Assembly (NCBI RefSeq): GCF_009914755.1
Contig: NC_060925.1
Direction: 5' to 3' (one strand)
DNA from: the human T2T-CHM13v2.0 reference genome, Homo sapiens
Length of the DNA: 64,000 nucleotides
Positions 46,732 to 62,285 of the stretch are shown here, in pieces (positions within the stretch are counted from its first letter, which is position 1; each line of letters starts with the position of its first letter). The notes beneath the pieces are model-generated. The model was not told the DNA's origin, did no database searches, and saw only the letters and a list, made by a program, of their open reading frames with translations. The position numbers were made by a program, and so were the translations under genes.

Positions 46732-49700
46732 TGGGGGGAGTTAGGTAGAGACCAGGATAGGGCAGATGGTCTGTCAAAGGATGTGGATGCCAAGCTATAA
46801 AAATCGTAAAGCATATTTTTTCATGACAGCATTAATTTCTTGACAGAATCCATAAGTCTCAGTGTTGGCAGCTATAAAAGTCCCTCTGGGGCTCTCACAT
46901 GAGTGGCTGTTACCAGGAAGGCCCGACTGTGTAGCCTTTTCTTTCCTGATGGAAACACACTGGTTTATATTAAGTAACCTCCGATTCATAGACTGACATG
47001 GTATAAAGATTAGGATTAAAAGCCTTCCATTCTCTATTTCCCTCCCTTTTATAGAAAAAAATTGGGGTAATTAACTGAACTCTTGGAGGATTCGTTGAAA
47101 GCACTTTGATGATGGCTACTACAATGAGATTTTATTTAGATTATAGCAGGTGCTCACTGAGGCAAAGAGTGCCTTTTAGGTTTACAAAATAATTTTATGT
47201 CAATTGGCTTATCACTGATTAGAGATATTCCATAAAACCACACATATCATCTGATTACATGGTTTATCCTGTACACATTTTACACATGAAGAAAAGTTCA
47301 GTTATTTAAACCCATCATGGGAAAATTTGCTGGCAACATCCCAAAATAACTGATAATCAAAATCTGTATTGACACTGCCTGACTGTGGCTGTTTGGTTAC
47401 GTAGCAATGGGTTTCTTTCAGATGCTTGTTTTGGTAGATGAGGGAGTGCTTAGAGGTCCAACCACCGCCGTAGGTTGAATCCCTGAGAAGCACATTATTT
47501 TGCCCTTAAGGTCACCGGCAATAACCCCTCCCCAGGGCTTCCTGCCATGTGCTCTGATTTTCCAGTGAGGGTGTTAAGGAGTCACAGGTGGGTTGCTGTT
47601 GTGGCAGATAAATTACTCACAGCTCACTCCTGGGGTGGAGACTGTGGAGTGTAATGTAAATACATGAACTTCAGAATCATATAAGACTGGCTCAGCCAAT
47701 TAACTTTCTTTTCTCCCATTCCTATTATAAAAGAAATTAGGAATTTTGTTTAAAAATCCAAATATTATAACAAATTATACAATATAAAGCAAAAGTCTCT
47801 TGCCCCCATCTACTCTTATTGTGCTGAGATGACCACTTCACTATTTCTTGCTGTGGCTTCAGTGATTATTCCAGACCTTTACATAGTATTGTTATACACT
47901 TAGGTATCCATTTGAAAATTTTTACATTCTCTATTGATTATTCTGCAAAACTGACTCTCCTCCTCTAATTGTTCCTAGTTATTATTTCAGGTCAACTCTA
48001 AGTAGGCTTCTTGCCTGTACAGTGGATTAACAATAGTGAATACCTACCTCTTTTATAGACTTGTAGCAATTAAATTAGGTAACCTGTGTTAAACATGTAA
48101 ACACAGTGTCTGGTGCAGAGTGAGTGTGCAAACAAATGTTAGTGTGTGTGCCAGTCCTGGGCCTGTTTGTCCTTAGCTGCATCCTCACCCTCCTCTTTGC
48201 TGCTCTGCCACCCACTGAAGTCTGTGCTTACAGAGTTGCATGCCTGCAGGTCTCTGACTGGGCTTGGCCAATGGAAGGCACTGATGGAGGATCCAAGGAC
48301 AGAGACAAGTGAGATAAATCAGGGTCTTTTTCCTCTTCCTTTTCTTTATCAGGCAGTATTTCTGACAGTTTTCCTTCTCTTTTCATGGTTTTGGCTCCAA
48401 TGATTATGCCCACCATGATTTTATATTCTTCCAGGTCACCCAGATGCCCTAGGTTCCTATACCTTTTTGTAAGGGGTAGCAGCTTCTTGAAATTGCTGAT
48501 CTGTTAGTTGCCTCATTATTCCTTGGTTGGTGGTAGAGTCTCTCGCATCTCCTATAAAACCAATTCCCTGTATTAAATGCCCTCTGTAATTTAAAAAACA
48601 AAAAAACAAAACAAAAAAAACAAAAAAACCAACTCAGAATTGTTTTGTTTTTCTGGTTGGATGCTGACTGATAAAATCTTAGGAGTAGAACACTTTTTTT
48701 TTCCTCTGGTTTTCTGTTTTTGCTTGGAGGGGCTTTGACTAGAGTAGCATTACTGGCCCCTTACCCCATCATTTACTCCTGCTGAGAGTGAGCGATGACT
48801 AATGTGATTGGTGAGTTTGGCAGAAGGAACAGTCATTCATCGTTTATCCCCTTCCTTTCTCCTTGTTCTTTGGGGCTGGCCTTCCCGTAGACAGCATGCA
48901 TTTTGCTCTGTTCTTTGCTTTCTTTTCTTCTCTTTCTTTCTCCATTCTTTGTTCCTTGGTCAAAGGAGCCAGCCCTGGGGAAAGGCCTGAGATGATCTTG
49001 CTGCAACTAAATTGGTAGACTTTTCTAATTCTGGAATGCTGTAGTGTGAAGTCCATTATTAGAATACTACAGACCTGATTCAGGTTTTCCAGTTAAAAAC
49101 TTTGTATTTATTTATTTATTAATAAAGCTGATGTTTTACTCTCTGTCAGATTGACTCCATTGTCCACCTTCCCACTGGGTCCATAATGAGGCAGCAATAG
49201 GAGTATCTTTTATTCAGCCTATTCATGTGCCTGATTTTAGCTATGATTTTATTAAAACGATGGTGTTGGCGATCATGAGTGACAACCCCAGCCCTTCTGC
49301 CTGCCATGCCCTTCCAGCACGCTGGTGGGGTTGTGGAGAATGCTGTGCATGTGTGTGTGGCACAGTGACATGCAGGCTTCACTTCAGCATGCACGGGTGA
49401 GCAGCAGGCAGGCTGGGATCACCCCCCACCAGACTGGCCAAAAGCCATAGAGAAAAGGGACCCTGATACCCACAACAGGAACTTGCACCTTCCCCTAGAA
49501 AATCATTCAGTTACTTCAGAGAGCAGATTCCCAGGAGGTGCCTGTGACAAGTGTCTCCTTTATCAGGTGGTGTGCACATATGGAAGTGTGTGAGGTTTTT
49601 GGGCAGGCTGGCTGGAAAAGTCTTCCACAGACTTAACTTCAATGAATCTGCCTGCTTTTGATCACTTCTGCCATTCCCACCTTCATACCTGAGTATTCAG

Positions 49701-50103
49701 CGTTGGCAGTGAACTCTGCAGGAACCCTCACTTCTACTCAGTTTTGTCCTTCCACATGTTTCTTAGAAATTCAACAAATCTCTCACCCATAGCCTCTCTC
49801 TTCTTTTCTTTGCCCTGTTACAAATTTATTCTCTTTTGTTTGTTGCCTTCATTCTGCAGACTTCAGGAGAGAGGATGAAAGTTACATAATCTTAAACCCA
49901 AAGCTTTTACTTCATCTTTCAGAGCCCCAGATCCTCTTCTGAACAATAGGGACAATCATACCAAATGTTACAACAGGCACAAGTAGGTGCCTTCTGCATA
50001 TTAGGAGCTTAATAATGATAACTTTCCTTATTATTTATGTGATACAGTGAGTGCTTTCCGTTACTTTAGCAACAATGAAAACAACACTCGAATGAGTTTT
50101 CAT

Positions 50104-50208
50104 CATTTCATGGTGACCGTGAGGGGTGCTCACAGATTTCACCATTTCATGGTGACCGTAAGGGATGCAGATTTCACCATTTCATGGTAACCGTGAGGTA
50201 TGCTCACT
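50104..50208. repeat. Three-copy 35-39 bp tandem repeat
   Basis: Unit CATTTCATGGTGACCGTGAGGG..TGC(TCAC)AGATTTCAC, three times. Confidence 0.9.
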
Positions 50209-53200
50209 GATGTTCTAGGTATTCAGGTTCTCACTTCTGCACTTCTCCACCCAGGCTGGAGGTTACAGGGGCCTGCAGGATGTGCTTTAGCTAATGCAAT
50301 ATTATTGTGAGATATGTGTGCTAATCCTGAAAAGGAGCTTCAAGAGCCAATGTGTGTGTTCCCAAGCCTTTTTAACACTTGTGCTGGTGACCAGAATATT
50401 TCAAAATAGTGGCTGCTGGATTATTCTGGTTCCTGAAAACACAACTGGACCCTGACCCATGGTGATATGTAGTATGGGAAAGAAAGAAGTCTTTGTGGTT
50501 TGAAGCCCTTGAATTTTGGGGTTTATTTGCTACTCAGCATAACTTAGTATATTCTAAATGATGTGCTTAGATCAAACTCTTCCTCCCAATTTTCACCCTG
50601 TCTCCAACATGCAAAAGTCTTTCCTCATCTTCACTGTTAAATTTCACTTCCTTTTTAATGCCTTAAATTCATGCCACTTTATAGGTTTTATGCAAGGTTT
50701 TGAATGTGGGCATGACTAAAATTTTTATGATATCCAGCACTTTAAACAGTGGTGGCTTCATATCAGCAACTTTTAGACAAACTGTTTTGCAACAGAAAAA
50801 AACATGATTTTGAAATCAGAGTTGGACTCCCACATCTACCCAGTAGCTACATGACAGTAGTATGTTTCTTAATGTATCTAAAACTTAATTTCATCATCTG
50901 GAAACATAAGGTTAAGAATATCTAAATCTTAAGAACTGGGCACTTTATTTTGGAAAGCACAGTCTCTTCTCATTCTCATTGTCAACTAGCATCTTCATCT
51001 ATAATCGGTGTTATCTCTGATTGTCAGTGTGAGCAGACACTAAACTCAATGCGTCAAAGAGGCTCAATTGGAATTCTCATCCCTCTAAGCAAGCTAGAGG
51101 CAGGTCATATTTACAGAATTTTTGAGAGCAAGGTCAATATTCCAAGATGCTCCATGCATACTCAGTGGACTGGATAATCTGGCCATTTGTTCCCAGGAAT
51201 AAGGGCACAGCTATTATTTCTTCATAGTGGGTGGCTAATGAGGCAAGAGAAGTTGTCTGTGTCACCTACCCAGGCAGGTCAAACCAGGAAATGTCCTGTT
51301 ACATCCTGTCCCAGAATCACAGGTGTCTGCTTGCCTTGCCATTCAGGCAACCACTCGTGGAATAAAGATCTGTTTGAGAGTGATTTGCTGTCACTTCCAT
51401 TTGGCTCCAAATGGGTCTCTTCTAAGGCTCTGTCCATCTGTTGATTGATTCTGGTCCTCCAGGAATTGCCTGGAGAATTTTCTAACCCACCCCCTACTTC
51501 CTCTCGTGGGCTACAAAATCTAATCTTTGTCTCATGAAACCACTGAAAACTCCTCTCTGCTTTTGAGAGAGTTTTTGCTTAGGATTTTAGTGTGTCACCC
51601 CACTTAGCCTCAAATATGGCAAATGACCTGGGAAAGCACAGACTGTGTGATTGAGGCTGCCTGAGACTCAGCTAGAGGCTCTGCTAGTTTCTTGTTCCCT
51701 GACAGCAGCCCTTTGGAGGGGAAAGCCCTGATTCTCACCCTCTTGTCTGTGCTCAGAATTGGTAATTGCTTTGTGTTAAAAGCAGCTTCAGAATCAACTC
51801 TGCCCAACTTTCATGTTTCCTCTTAACTCTAGTTCTTATTGACCCAGCAGCTCTCTGCTGCCTTTAAATACATCAGCTCTGCATTTTATGTGTTTTTTAC
51901 TCTGTATTTTAACTCTGGCTTTTCTAGTTATTCTCAGTTGGAGGCCGGTCAGTTTTAAGCTACTTCTTCTCACCAGGAAATTAATAGTTTTGCTTTCCCC
52001 CTTCTCTTTTGTTTTGACATAAATATGAACATTCTGCATGTCAACTGCAAATTGCTTCTATTGTTAGTAATAGTAATGTCTTGGGACTGTTTGAAAGATT
52101 GGAATCTTGGGTCCAATCTTTGGATCTTTGAACTTTTCCAATTAAAATAATGGAATCTTTGGATTCCATTTCCAACCTTTCCAGTGTTTCTTGGTTGTCT
52201 TTATACACACACAAAAAAAACACACACACACACACAGAGTATATGTGGATCATAATCTATCCATCTGTATGTATAATTTTTAAAATCTGTAACAGTATTC
52301 CACAGTACAATTGTATTTCAGTTTCTTTTGACACTTTCTTTTTAGGTTGACATTAGAATGGTTTCATTAAAAAATATTTTTTAGTATTATAAACTGATAA
52401 ACAATCTCAAAACATTGACAATATATTAAAATTTTAGTAAATATTTTAAATTGCATTCCAACATGCCAAAAAGTAAAAATAAAATTTCACCTGTTCTGAA
52501 CTCCATCACATGGCAGAAATAGCAGCAACAATGGAAGAAAATGAGGTCTATCGGAGGTCTCGTTCCATTCTTCAGTTTTCTCTTCATGAGACACTGATAG
52601 TACTAACTCCTAAATCAAAGTCAAATAGGGATCCTTGCACTTATAAAATAGGGTTAGTTTGGGGAGAGAACCAAACTCTCAGTAGGAAGGAATATGATGA
52701 TGATTCTGTGAAATGAGGCATATAATTGGCATAGGTTAAAGAACTATGATGACTTTGAGTCAGGACTTGTGACATAGAATATCAGTTATAGAGAGATTTG
52801 GCTCTATTTATATAGTACTTGGGGTAAGGCTATAGATTACAGATGAAAATGGAAAACCTTCTTAACATTGTAGTAATGAAGATGTAGTTCTCTGTGGCCC
52901 GCATTAGCATGTATGTGAGACTTATAGGTTGACTGTGAAAACGTAGCTTTTTAAAATTAACATAAGATAAAATTTAACATAAGAATGAAGAGAAAGTCCT
53001 AGGGGTTACTGCAGGACACTCCAATCCCCCACAATTGTGTATGTTCGTAATTCCTTTGAATGCTGCATATGCAGTTCCTTTCCTTAGAAGGTATGAATTG
53101 ATGATCATGTCTTTGAAATCAATGAACTTCCTCTGATAATCAGCCAATAGCAGGACAATATAGAATAGAAGGTACAAGGTCGACATCACCTTCTTATGGA

Positions 53201-53942
53201 AAAAACTGCATGTGACACTAAATGTTGTCTTTTTACAAAAGTAAATACAATTTGAAGAAATTTTTGGAACAAAACAATGAAATCATAGCCTTCTTTCCTT
53301 CATCCATGACCTCTGCCAGTTGTCACTTATTTTCACAAGATGTCTTCTGCTTGCATACCTCTTGTAGTTTCATTAACATGAATGTACCAAAACTAGCCTG
53401 TACCAAAACTCAATTAATCTTATTTATATTTTCCTCATTCTGATTCTTTTTTCTTTGAAGATACTTAAGTAAAAGGACAGTCAAATATTTTACATGAAGC
53501 AAAAATAAAATACTTTGGTTTTAAACTCTGGTAACTATAGGAACAGATGAAACTTAGAAGAAAAGTTTGAAGCTAGAAGGAGAAGGAAGGAAAAGAATAG
53601 AATAGAATGGTATATAAAGGATGACAAAAGTCTTTTGGTTTAAAGGGGTGGCTGAGAACAACTGTTTCTCTCATTCTTAAGCAACCAATGAAATGATTTT
53701 AACAAATAAATCAACTCCATGTAGTGAAAAGAATGAATGACAGATTATAAATTTCTGGAAGGTAGAGGAAGATGGAAGTTTACTGTTGGATAAAACAAAA
53801 CACAAAAACAGCAGCCAAGGGCATGTAGGATGATGAACAGTAGAAAGGAAAGCAAGCTTCTCAGTGAAACTGTGAAAGGCTTAGGCTCAGCTTGGAGGTA
53901 AAAAGGCAGGGGAGGTGTGAGAAGGATAGGGGTGGGGTTTCA

Positions 53943-54767
<825 letters not shown>

Positions 54768-55523
54768 AAGACAATACAGAAATGCCATTAAAATTCCCTG
54801 GGTGCATTCTTTGGGACCTAGAATTTCATAGCAGACAAATTATCAATAAAATGTGAGCACAAAATAATAATTACGAATGATTAGATAACTTACCTTTACT
54901 GTATCCTTCATAAAGGAGTCACTTAAGTATAGACTCTGGCAAAACAAAGATGAAAAAAAGAGAGGGAAATGTGAATTACTAAAAATAATTGATTGAATCC
55001 AGGAGTTCATTTCAAAGAAATTCAGAATGACAAATGCTTCAGGCCTAGAAAAAAATGGCCTAAATTCCAACAGGAAGTCACTGGACTCCAAAAAGCATAA
55101 GTTAAGATTTATTCTAAGCAATAGACAGAGTGACCAAGGGCCTAAATGACATTAGTGGCTTGGAGAGGAAACACGTGTTTTCTGTTAACAAGAAAAAAGA
55201 GAGACAATTAGAAACTCTAGGGAAAAAATGGATGTAAGAAAAATCATTGTCCTAATATGGAACAAAATGTGGCATTAATTTAAGTCATAGATGGACAGTG
55301 AGAAAATAGAATCCTTTTCTCTTGGACACCAGACATGTTTTTCTTCAGGTAATACAGAAATTATCCCTTTGTACTTGTGGTGAAAATACATAATCCAAGT
55401 ATACTACTTGGTTCAGCAGTGATTGCTATTTTCATAGTCATTACAGTGGAAATTTATTGATAGAAATACAACGAAAATCATTACAATGGAAATGCTGTTT
55501 ATTGTTTTAAATACAATCAACCC

Positions 55524-55947
55524 TGTATTAGTAAGTGTTCTCTAGAGAAACAGAACCAATGAATCTCTCTCAATGTATTACATAGAGATATTTATTTTAA
55601 GGAATTGGCTCATACAATCGTGAAGGTAGGTGAATCTGAAGTTTGCAGGATAGGTGGGCAAGCTGGAGACCCAGGGAAGAGAGCTGATGTTGCTGCTTGA
55701 ATCTGAAGGTAGTCTGGAGGCAGAATTCCTCTTCCTTAGGGGACCTCTGTGTTCTCTCTTAGAACCTTCAGCTGATGAGATGAGGTCTATCCACACTATG
55801 AAGGGTGTTCTGCTTTACTCAAAGACAACTAATTTAAATGTTAATCTCATCTAAAAAATAACTTTGCAGCAACATTGAGACTGGAATTTGACCAAATATC
55901 TGGGTGTTGTGGCCTAGCAAATTGGACATGTAAAATTAACCATCACA
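55524..55947 (-). mobile_element. MLT2 (ERVL) solo LTR
   Basis: From 'tgtattagtaagtgttctctagagaaacagaaccaat' to 'taaaattaaccatcaca'. Near-TSD aaccc / aactc. Confidence 0.88.
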
Positions 55948-58900
55948 AACTCAGCCCAAAGATGAAAGATTTAGATATGGTCAAAGATGAAGAATAAATA
56001 TTAACCTTAGCCACATAAAAGTCAAAATCTAAGTGACATAAAGTGGAAGATGGAAAGGTGGAGGAAAGGTAGTGGGAATTGGAACCTAATGGAGAATAAC
56101 AGGGTACTGTATAAAGTTGATGAACTAAAAATAGAAGCTTAATTAATATAACTGCCTAAATTTTAAAAGAAGAATTGGAGAGAAGTATGTTAATGTGAGT
56201 CAGAAAAGCCTGATTTTTTTTTTTCATAGTGGAGAGTTGATGTCTTACAACATAGGTTTTATAATAGTGATATAAGTACATTATTTAGGTCGAGGGTTAC
56301 AAACTGGCTGTCCGTAGGCTACAGCTGGTGGGTAAGTGAGTTTTTTTGTGTGTGTATGGAGTATTTTTTTAATTTGACATTAGAAAATGTATGTATTCTA
56401 TATTTACAGTAATCTACACTAATCCTTTAAGGAGATAGTACCTTATGCATAGCCCACCCCAAAAATTATATTGCCTGCCTGATCTCTGGAGGTATTTATG
56501 CCGATAATCCAGATTTAGAATTAGGGAAGTGACCACCATGTCTAAATACAAAAGTGGTTAGAAGTTATTACCTCTGGGGACTTGGGGTAGAAGGGCAGGT
56601 CAGGAAGTATTGTTACACAATCTAAACTTTTCTGTTCTATTTTTGAAAATTACATGATGATATACTTTTGATAAAAATAAGCGGAGTAAGGACCTAGAGC
56701 AAACTGAGGGAACAGTATTATGCTCGTTAGAGAGAACTGAGGAGAGGTAAACAGAGGAACAAAAGAGAAATGTAAGAAAACTGAGAGAGAAGATTGCAAT
56801 TTGGAAGATTCTTATAACTGGACCAGGACTTTGGTATACTGTGATTTCTCTTCCAGGCATGTCCCTGTCTCTGGGATTGGGAGGCAGGCCTTCAGCAAGC
56901 TTGTGGTCTGTCATTTGCTCTTTAAGCCTGGCCTGAGCTCTTGGGTGCTCTTTAAATCATAAGCAAAGAGTGCCTGGTGTTTTTTTCCAGGGAAGCACAA
57001 TTGGTTCTTGGATCTGGCACATTATTGGCCTATTTGCAACCCAGAGAAAATGACACTCAAACATAAAGTTTCCCCAGGGTTATACAGCATATCCATGTGA
57101 ATTCTTCTACTAAACCATGAGATTTTATTTTGTTCAATAAAAAAGTTGCTAATCGGCATTTGTGAAGAATGGACAATTAGCTGAAATAACATGACATGCA
57201 TGACATGAAATAACCCTGCCTTTATCCTGAGGATAAATCTAATCAGCAAATTCAAATTAGCTTAACTAAGGAATAATGATAAGAAAATCTTGATGCTAAG
57301 CTATTCACTGATATTACCATTGAGGAAATTTTCTGATAACTCTAACATGATGTGATAATGTCACTAATAATACTGTGACAGCATGGAATTAAGTGTGGTT
57401 AGGCAATATGAAGTGAAATGTAGATGTTGGATTGATAATATATTAAGACATCAGAGATGTAATTATGTACATAGTGATTTTAAAATTAGTTTAAAGGATT
57501 TCCTAACATTCAATGCTTCTAATTTGTTGGAAATTGTGTTATCTAACATTTTTGTAATTGGGCTAATATTTTGAAAATTATTAATTTGCTTTTTTTCTTT
57601 TCTGTATTGTTACTGCAAGACCCTTGTCATAATCTGCTTCATGCGTCAATCCACATAGTGGAAGAGGTGATGGATAAGAGGTTAGAGGAGTAATATTCAC
57701 CATCTGGCTTTATAAATAGGATCTGCAACAAGAAAATCAGACTGAGGGACAAGCATTCCTGAGGAATACCTGATTTTCCTAAATTCCTTTATCTCCATAT
57801 TGGCACATCACCATCCAAGTCTAGAAGAGCCTACTCCTAGGGTCCTTTGTAAGTGTGTTGCATGTGGAGTTCATTGGTTTTCTTTAATCCCACTACATTT
57901 TGTACCAAAAAATGGATGTAATTTATTCTGGGGAAGTTACTGGTGTGCTGTCACTGCTCAACAACAAAAACAACAACAACAACAACAAACAAACAAACAA
58001 AAATAGCTGCTGCAAGTTAGTTATGGGGCTTTGCTACCCATGAGTAATAATAAACATCATCAACTTCTGTTTTCTGAAAAAATTGTAGACTTCTTTGGGG
58101 TCCTCCAGCACCAAGTTTCTACTAGTTGCCCACGTGAAGAAGATTAAAGATAAAGTTTTACTTTTGGGCTTTCACAGGGAGAGTATAAATTATGCCTCCA
58201 AAAGAAAACTGTGTGGGGGAAAATGTTTACTTGGATCTGAATCGTATATGAGAACCTCACTTTAGTTTAATTTATAAGAAGAGATAACAGCACGAATTAT
58301 TAAAATCTAAGTATTGAAATATAAGCACCCTTGATCTAGCAGTGTTAATAGAATTCTCTTTACTGGTTTATGATTAGGCTTAACTTTACAAATTAGTAGT
58401 TGAATCTATTCAGTTTCTCTTTTCATCTTTTTCTTATAATCAAGCTCTGTGCTTATTTCCCATCAGTCTTTCACCTGATGGTTTTAACATCAGTTCTTAT
58501 CTTCATCCCTAATTTCATTAGGATTTCAAAAAAATGGTGTCATTTCTTATTAATTAAAATTCTTCTAAACGTTTTTTCCATTGACAGATGCATTTGATTA
58601 TTCTAAAATGCAATTCTTAGTAACAACTTACTTCTCTCCCTTAATCATCAATTTTCAGATTGAGAAGTAGGTTTAATAGCCTCTTAAATAGTGAAAAAAA
58701 TGAGATTTTTCTTACTTTTGTCAGTGTCATTATGGACCCATGGATTTTCATCGACTCAACACATTACTCTCTTCTGCAATTGTTTTTCAAGTTCAAGTTG
58801 TTCTTTCAGCCACAGGGAGCCATGTCACTGTGTCCTTTTGTCATAGCTTTAAAAGCTTCTTTGTCTTCTGAGCCATTAAGATGTTTGAAGCCTACCTTTT

Positions 58901-59078
58901 GTAATCCCTGCTGCAGGAGTAAAATCAGGCATTTGTCCAAGAAATCTTATCAGACTTAGTGTGGGTGACATTAGAGACAAAATCTGTGTGGAAGAGACAC
59001 GGCCACTGCTGCTGGGTGACATGGCATAGATACTATTTCATGGAACAGAGCCGGAAAAGACACTTTTAAAAACCTTAA

Positions 59079-59495
<417 letters not shown>

Positions 59496-59828
59496 TAATA
59501 TAGTTTATTTGATTTCACAATTGTATCTGTTTTCTAACAGTGTAGATCTTGTTTTTAACATTAATAAAATTAATGCTTTATCCCACAATATAAAAGAAAT
59601 AGAATCAATGGGAGATATTATTACTAACAATAACTCTCCAGATTACTCTAGTGTAACTCTAGTGAAATGTGAACTTCAGAATTCTTTAAATCCTAGAGCA
59701 CATCCAACTAAATATGGATAAAGTTCAAAAAATAGTTATGTTAACAGTTTGGTATGTGGTTAGATTCATTTGTTTTGGTTCGTTTTCAATTGTGGGTTTT
59801 TTTCAGGTAACTTTTATGTTAACTTTTA

Positions 59829-60179
59829 CAGCTGTGTGTTGCATAATGATGTTCCAGTAAGCAACCAACGGATTGCATATATGAAAGTGATCGCATAAGG
59901 TTATAATACTGTATTTTTACTGTGCCTTTTCTATGTTTGGGTGTGTTTAGCTACACAAATACTTACCATTGTGTTACAGTTGCCTACAGCATATAGTACA
60001 GTAACATGCTGCACAGGTTGTTAGCCTAGGAGCAATGGCTATACCAGACAGCCTAGGTGTGTAGTAGGCTGTATCATCTGGGTTTGGGTAAGCATCTTCT
60101 GTGATGTTCATACAATGGTGAAATCACCTAACAAATCATTTCTCAGAATGTACCCCCATTGTAATGCAACACATGAGTG
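59829..60179. mobile_element. Tigger3a/MER7-like TcMar DNA transposon
   Basis: TA-flanked, with degenerate terminal inverted repeats (tgtgttgcat / atgcaacaca) and internal 'cagtaacatgctgcacaggtt..tagcctaggagcaat'. Confidence 0.85.
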
Positions 60180-61700
60180 TATCTTGAAATAATTTCAGAT
60201 TTACAGACAAATTTAAAATAATACAATGAATTGCCATAAATCCTTCATCTAACTTTCTCAAAGAGTAAAATTTTATCAGATTTCTTTATTACTTTGCTCT
60301 CTTTCTTTCTCTCTGTACATATATTTAAACACTTTTCTCCCTGATCCATTTCAGAGTAAGTTGCTGATGGATTGTCTTTTTACCATTAAATACTTCCTTG
60401 TGAGTTTCCCGAAAATAAAGATGTCCTCTTTCTGGTGCAGTGTCCAGTGGTGCACTACATATTGCCTTTAGTCACCATGTCTTTGTCATCTCCTTTAATC
60501 TTTGACAATTCTGAAATCTTTTCTTACTTTCATGATCTTGACATTTTTGAAGAGGCTGCTTATTTCGTAGAATATCCCTCAATTTGGCTTTGTTTCCTCA
60601 TGATTTGATCCATGCTATATATTAAAAAAAGGGGAGTACTATAAAAGTGGTATTGTGTTCTTCTAGTGCATTATGGCAGAAAGCACATAATTTATTTATT
60701 TATTTGTCTCTTTATAGGTGATGCTAACTTTGGTCCCTCGTTGAGGTTGTCTTCTGGGTTTCTCTACTGTAAATTTATCATTTTTCCCTTTATATTAATA
60801 ATTAATAAGTATATTGTGAAGAGATACTTTGAGACTGTCTAAATATCCTGTTTAGCATCAACTGTGCATATACTAATGTTAGTAGTTATTGATGATTCTT
60901 GCCTGAAATCATTATTTGTTGGTTGCCTGATTGTAATTTTATCATTCCATTATTTTTCTGCATCTATTAGTTGGCATTCTACTGTAAGGAAGAGACTTTT
61001 CTTCTTTTCTGTTTATTTATCCATGGATTTCTGTTTTCTTCAATATATCATAATAAGTTATCACCGTTATTCATTTTGATGCTCAAATTATCCCAGGTTT
61101 GGTTATTAGGAGCTCCTTCAAGCTGACGCCCATGCCCTTTTGACAAGTCTCCATTATTTTCTGAGCAGTTTCCCTTTAGTTTTGACCTTCTGAGTATCTT
61201 TGTTTTAGATGTGTTTCTTGTACATCACTTACAGATTGGTCTTATTTTCACAGCCAACGTGCAAAGATTTTTCCAATAGGGAAGTTAATGTTCATTGTTG
61301 TTTATTCATATGATTGATGTGCTTTGTCTCAATTCTGTCATATTTTACATTATAGTTATTATGGTATATATGCTATGTTTCATTTTATGGTATACTTTCT
61401 TTGCCCTTTTGTTAAAATTTCTTTGGATATTTAAGAGGGTTTATAGTTTTTAAGGATTTTCTTTGTACTTATGTCCTTTTTATTGCCTGTCGTCTGTTGT
61501 TTTCCAATTTAATCTTCTGATTTGTAAGTTTTAATAGTATGTTTTAACTCCTATTTCTTGCTTATACAATAAGCAATGTGCTATTCAACTATCTTTATTC
61601 CCTCTCCCGTCTCTTCTTTTTTAGTTGCTGTGTTCCTACTTATCAGAAAATATAACATGTGTCATGCAACTTCTAACATTATTCTTCCTACCTTATCCCC
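60180..61700 (-). mobile_element. Old L1MC-type 3' fragment
   Basis: 'ttgaaataatttcagatttacag', 'gagatactttgagact..ctaaatatcctgtt' and 'gatgctcaaattatcccaggtttgg'. Confidence 0.65.
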
Positions 61701-61879
61701 ACTGTTTTTCATTTTAAATAAACCTTATTCAGTTAATTCTGATGCACAGTAGGTGTGAAAGCCACCATTCTAGAGATTCTTGTTCAAGTCAAAAGTAAAT
61801 GACTGCTCAGGTCTTTGGGTACATAGTCTTCAAATAAGATAAAGTACCTTCTACCTACCTAAAATAATCACATATATTA

Positions 61880-62285
<406 letters not shown>

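Noticed and set aside
46401-46814. ORFs with HT/LS/ER/VC repeats
   Set aside because: These are translations of the (GA)n(GT)n microsatellite.
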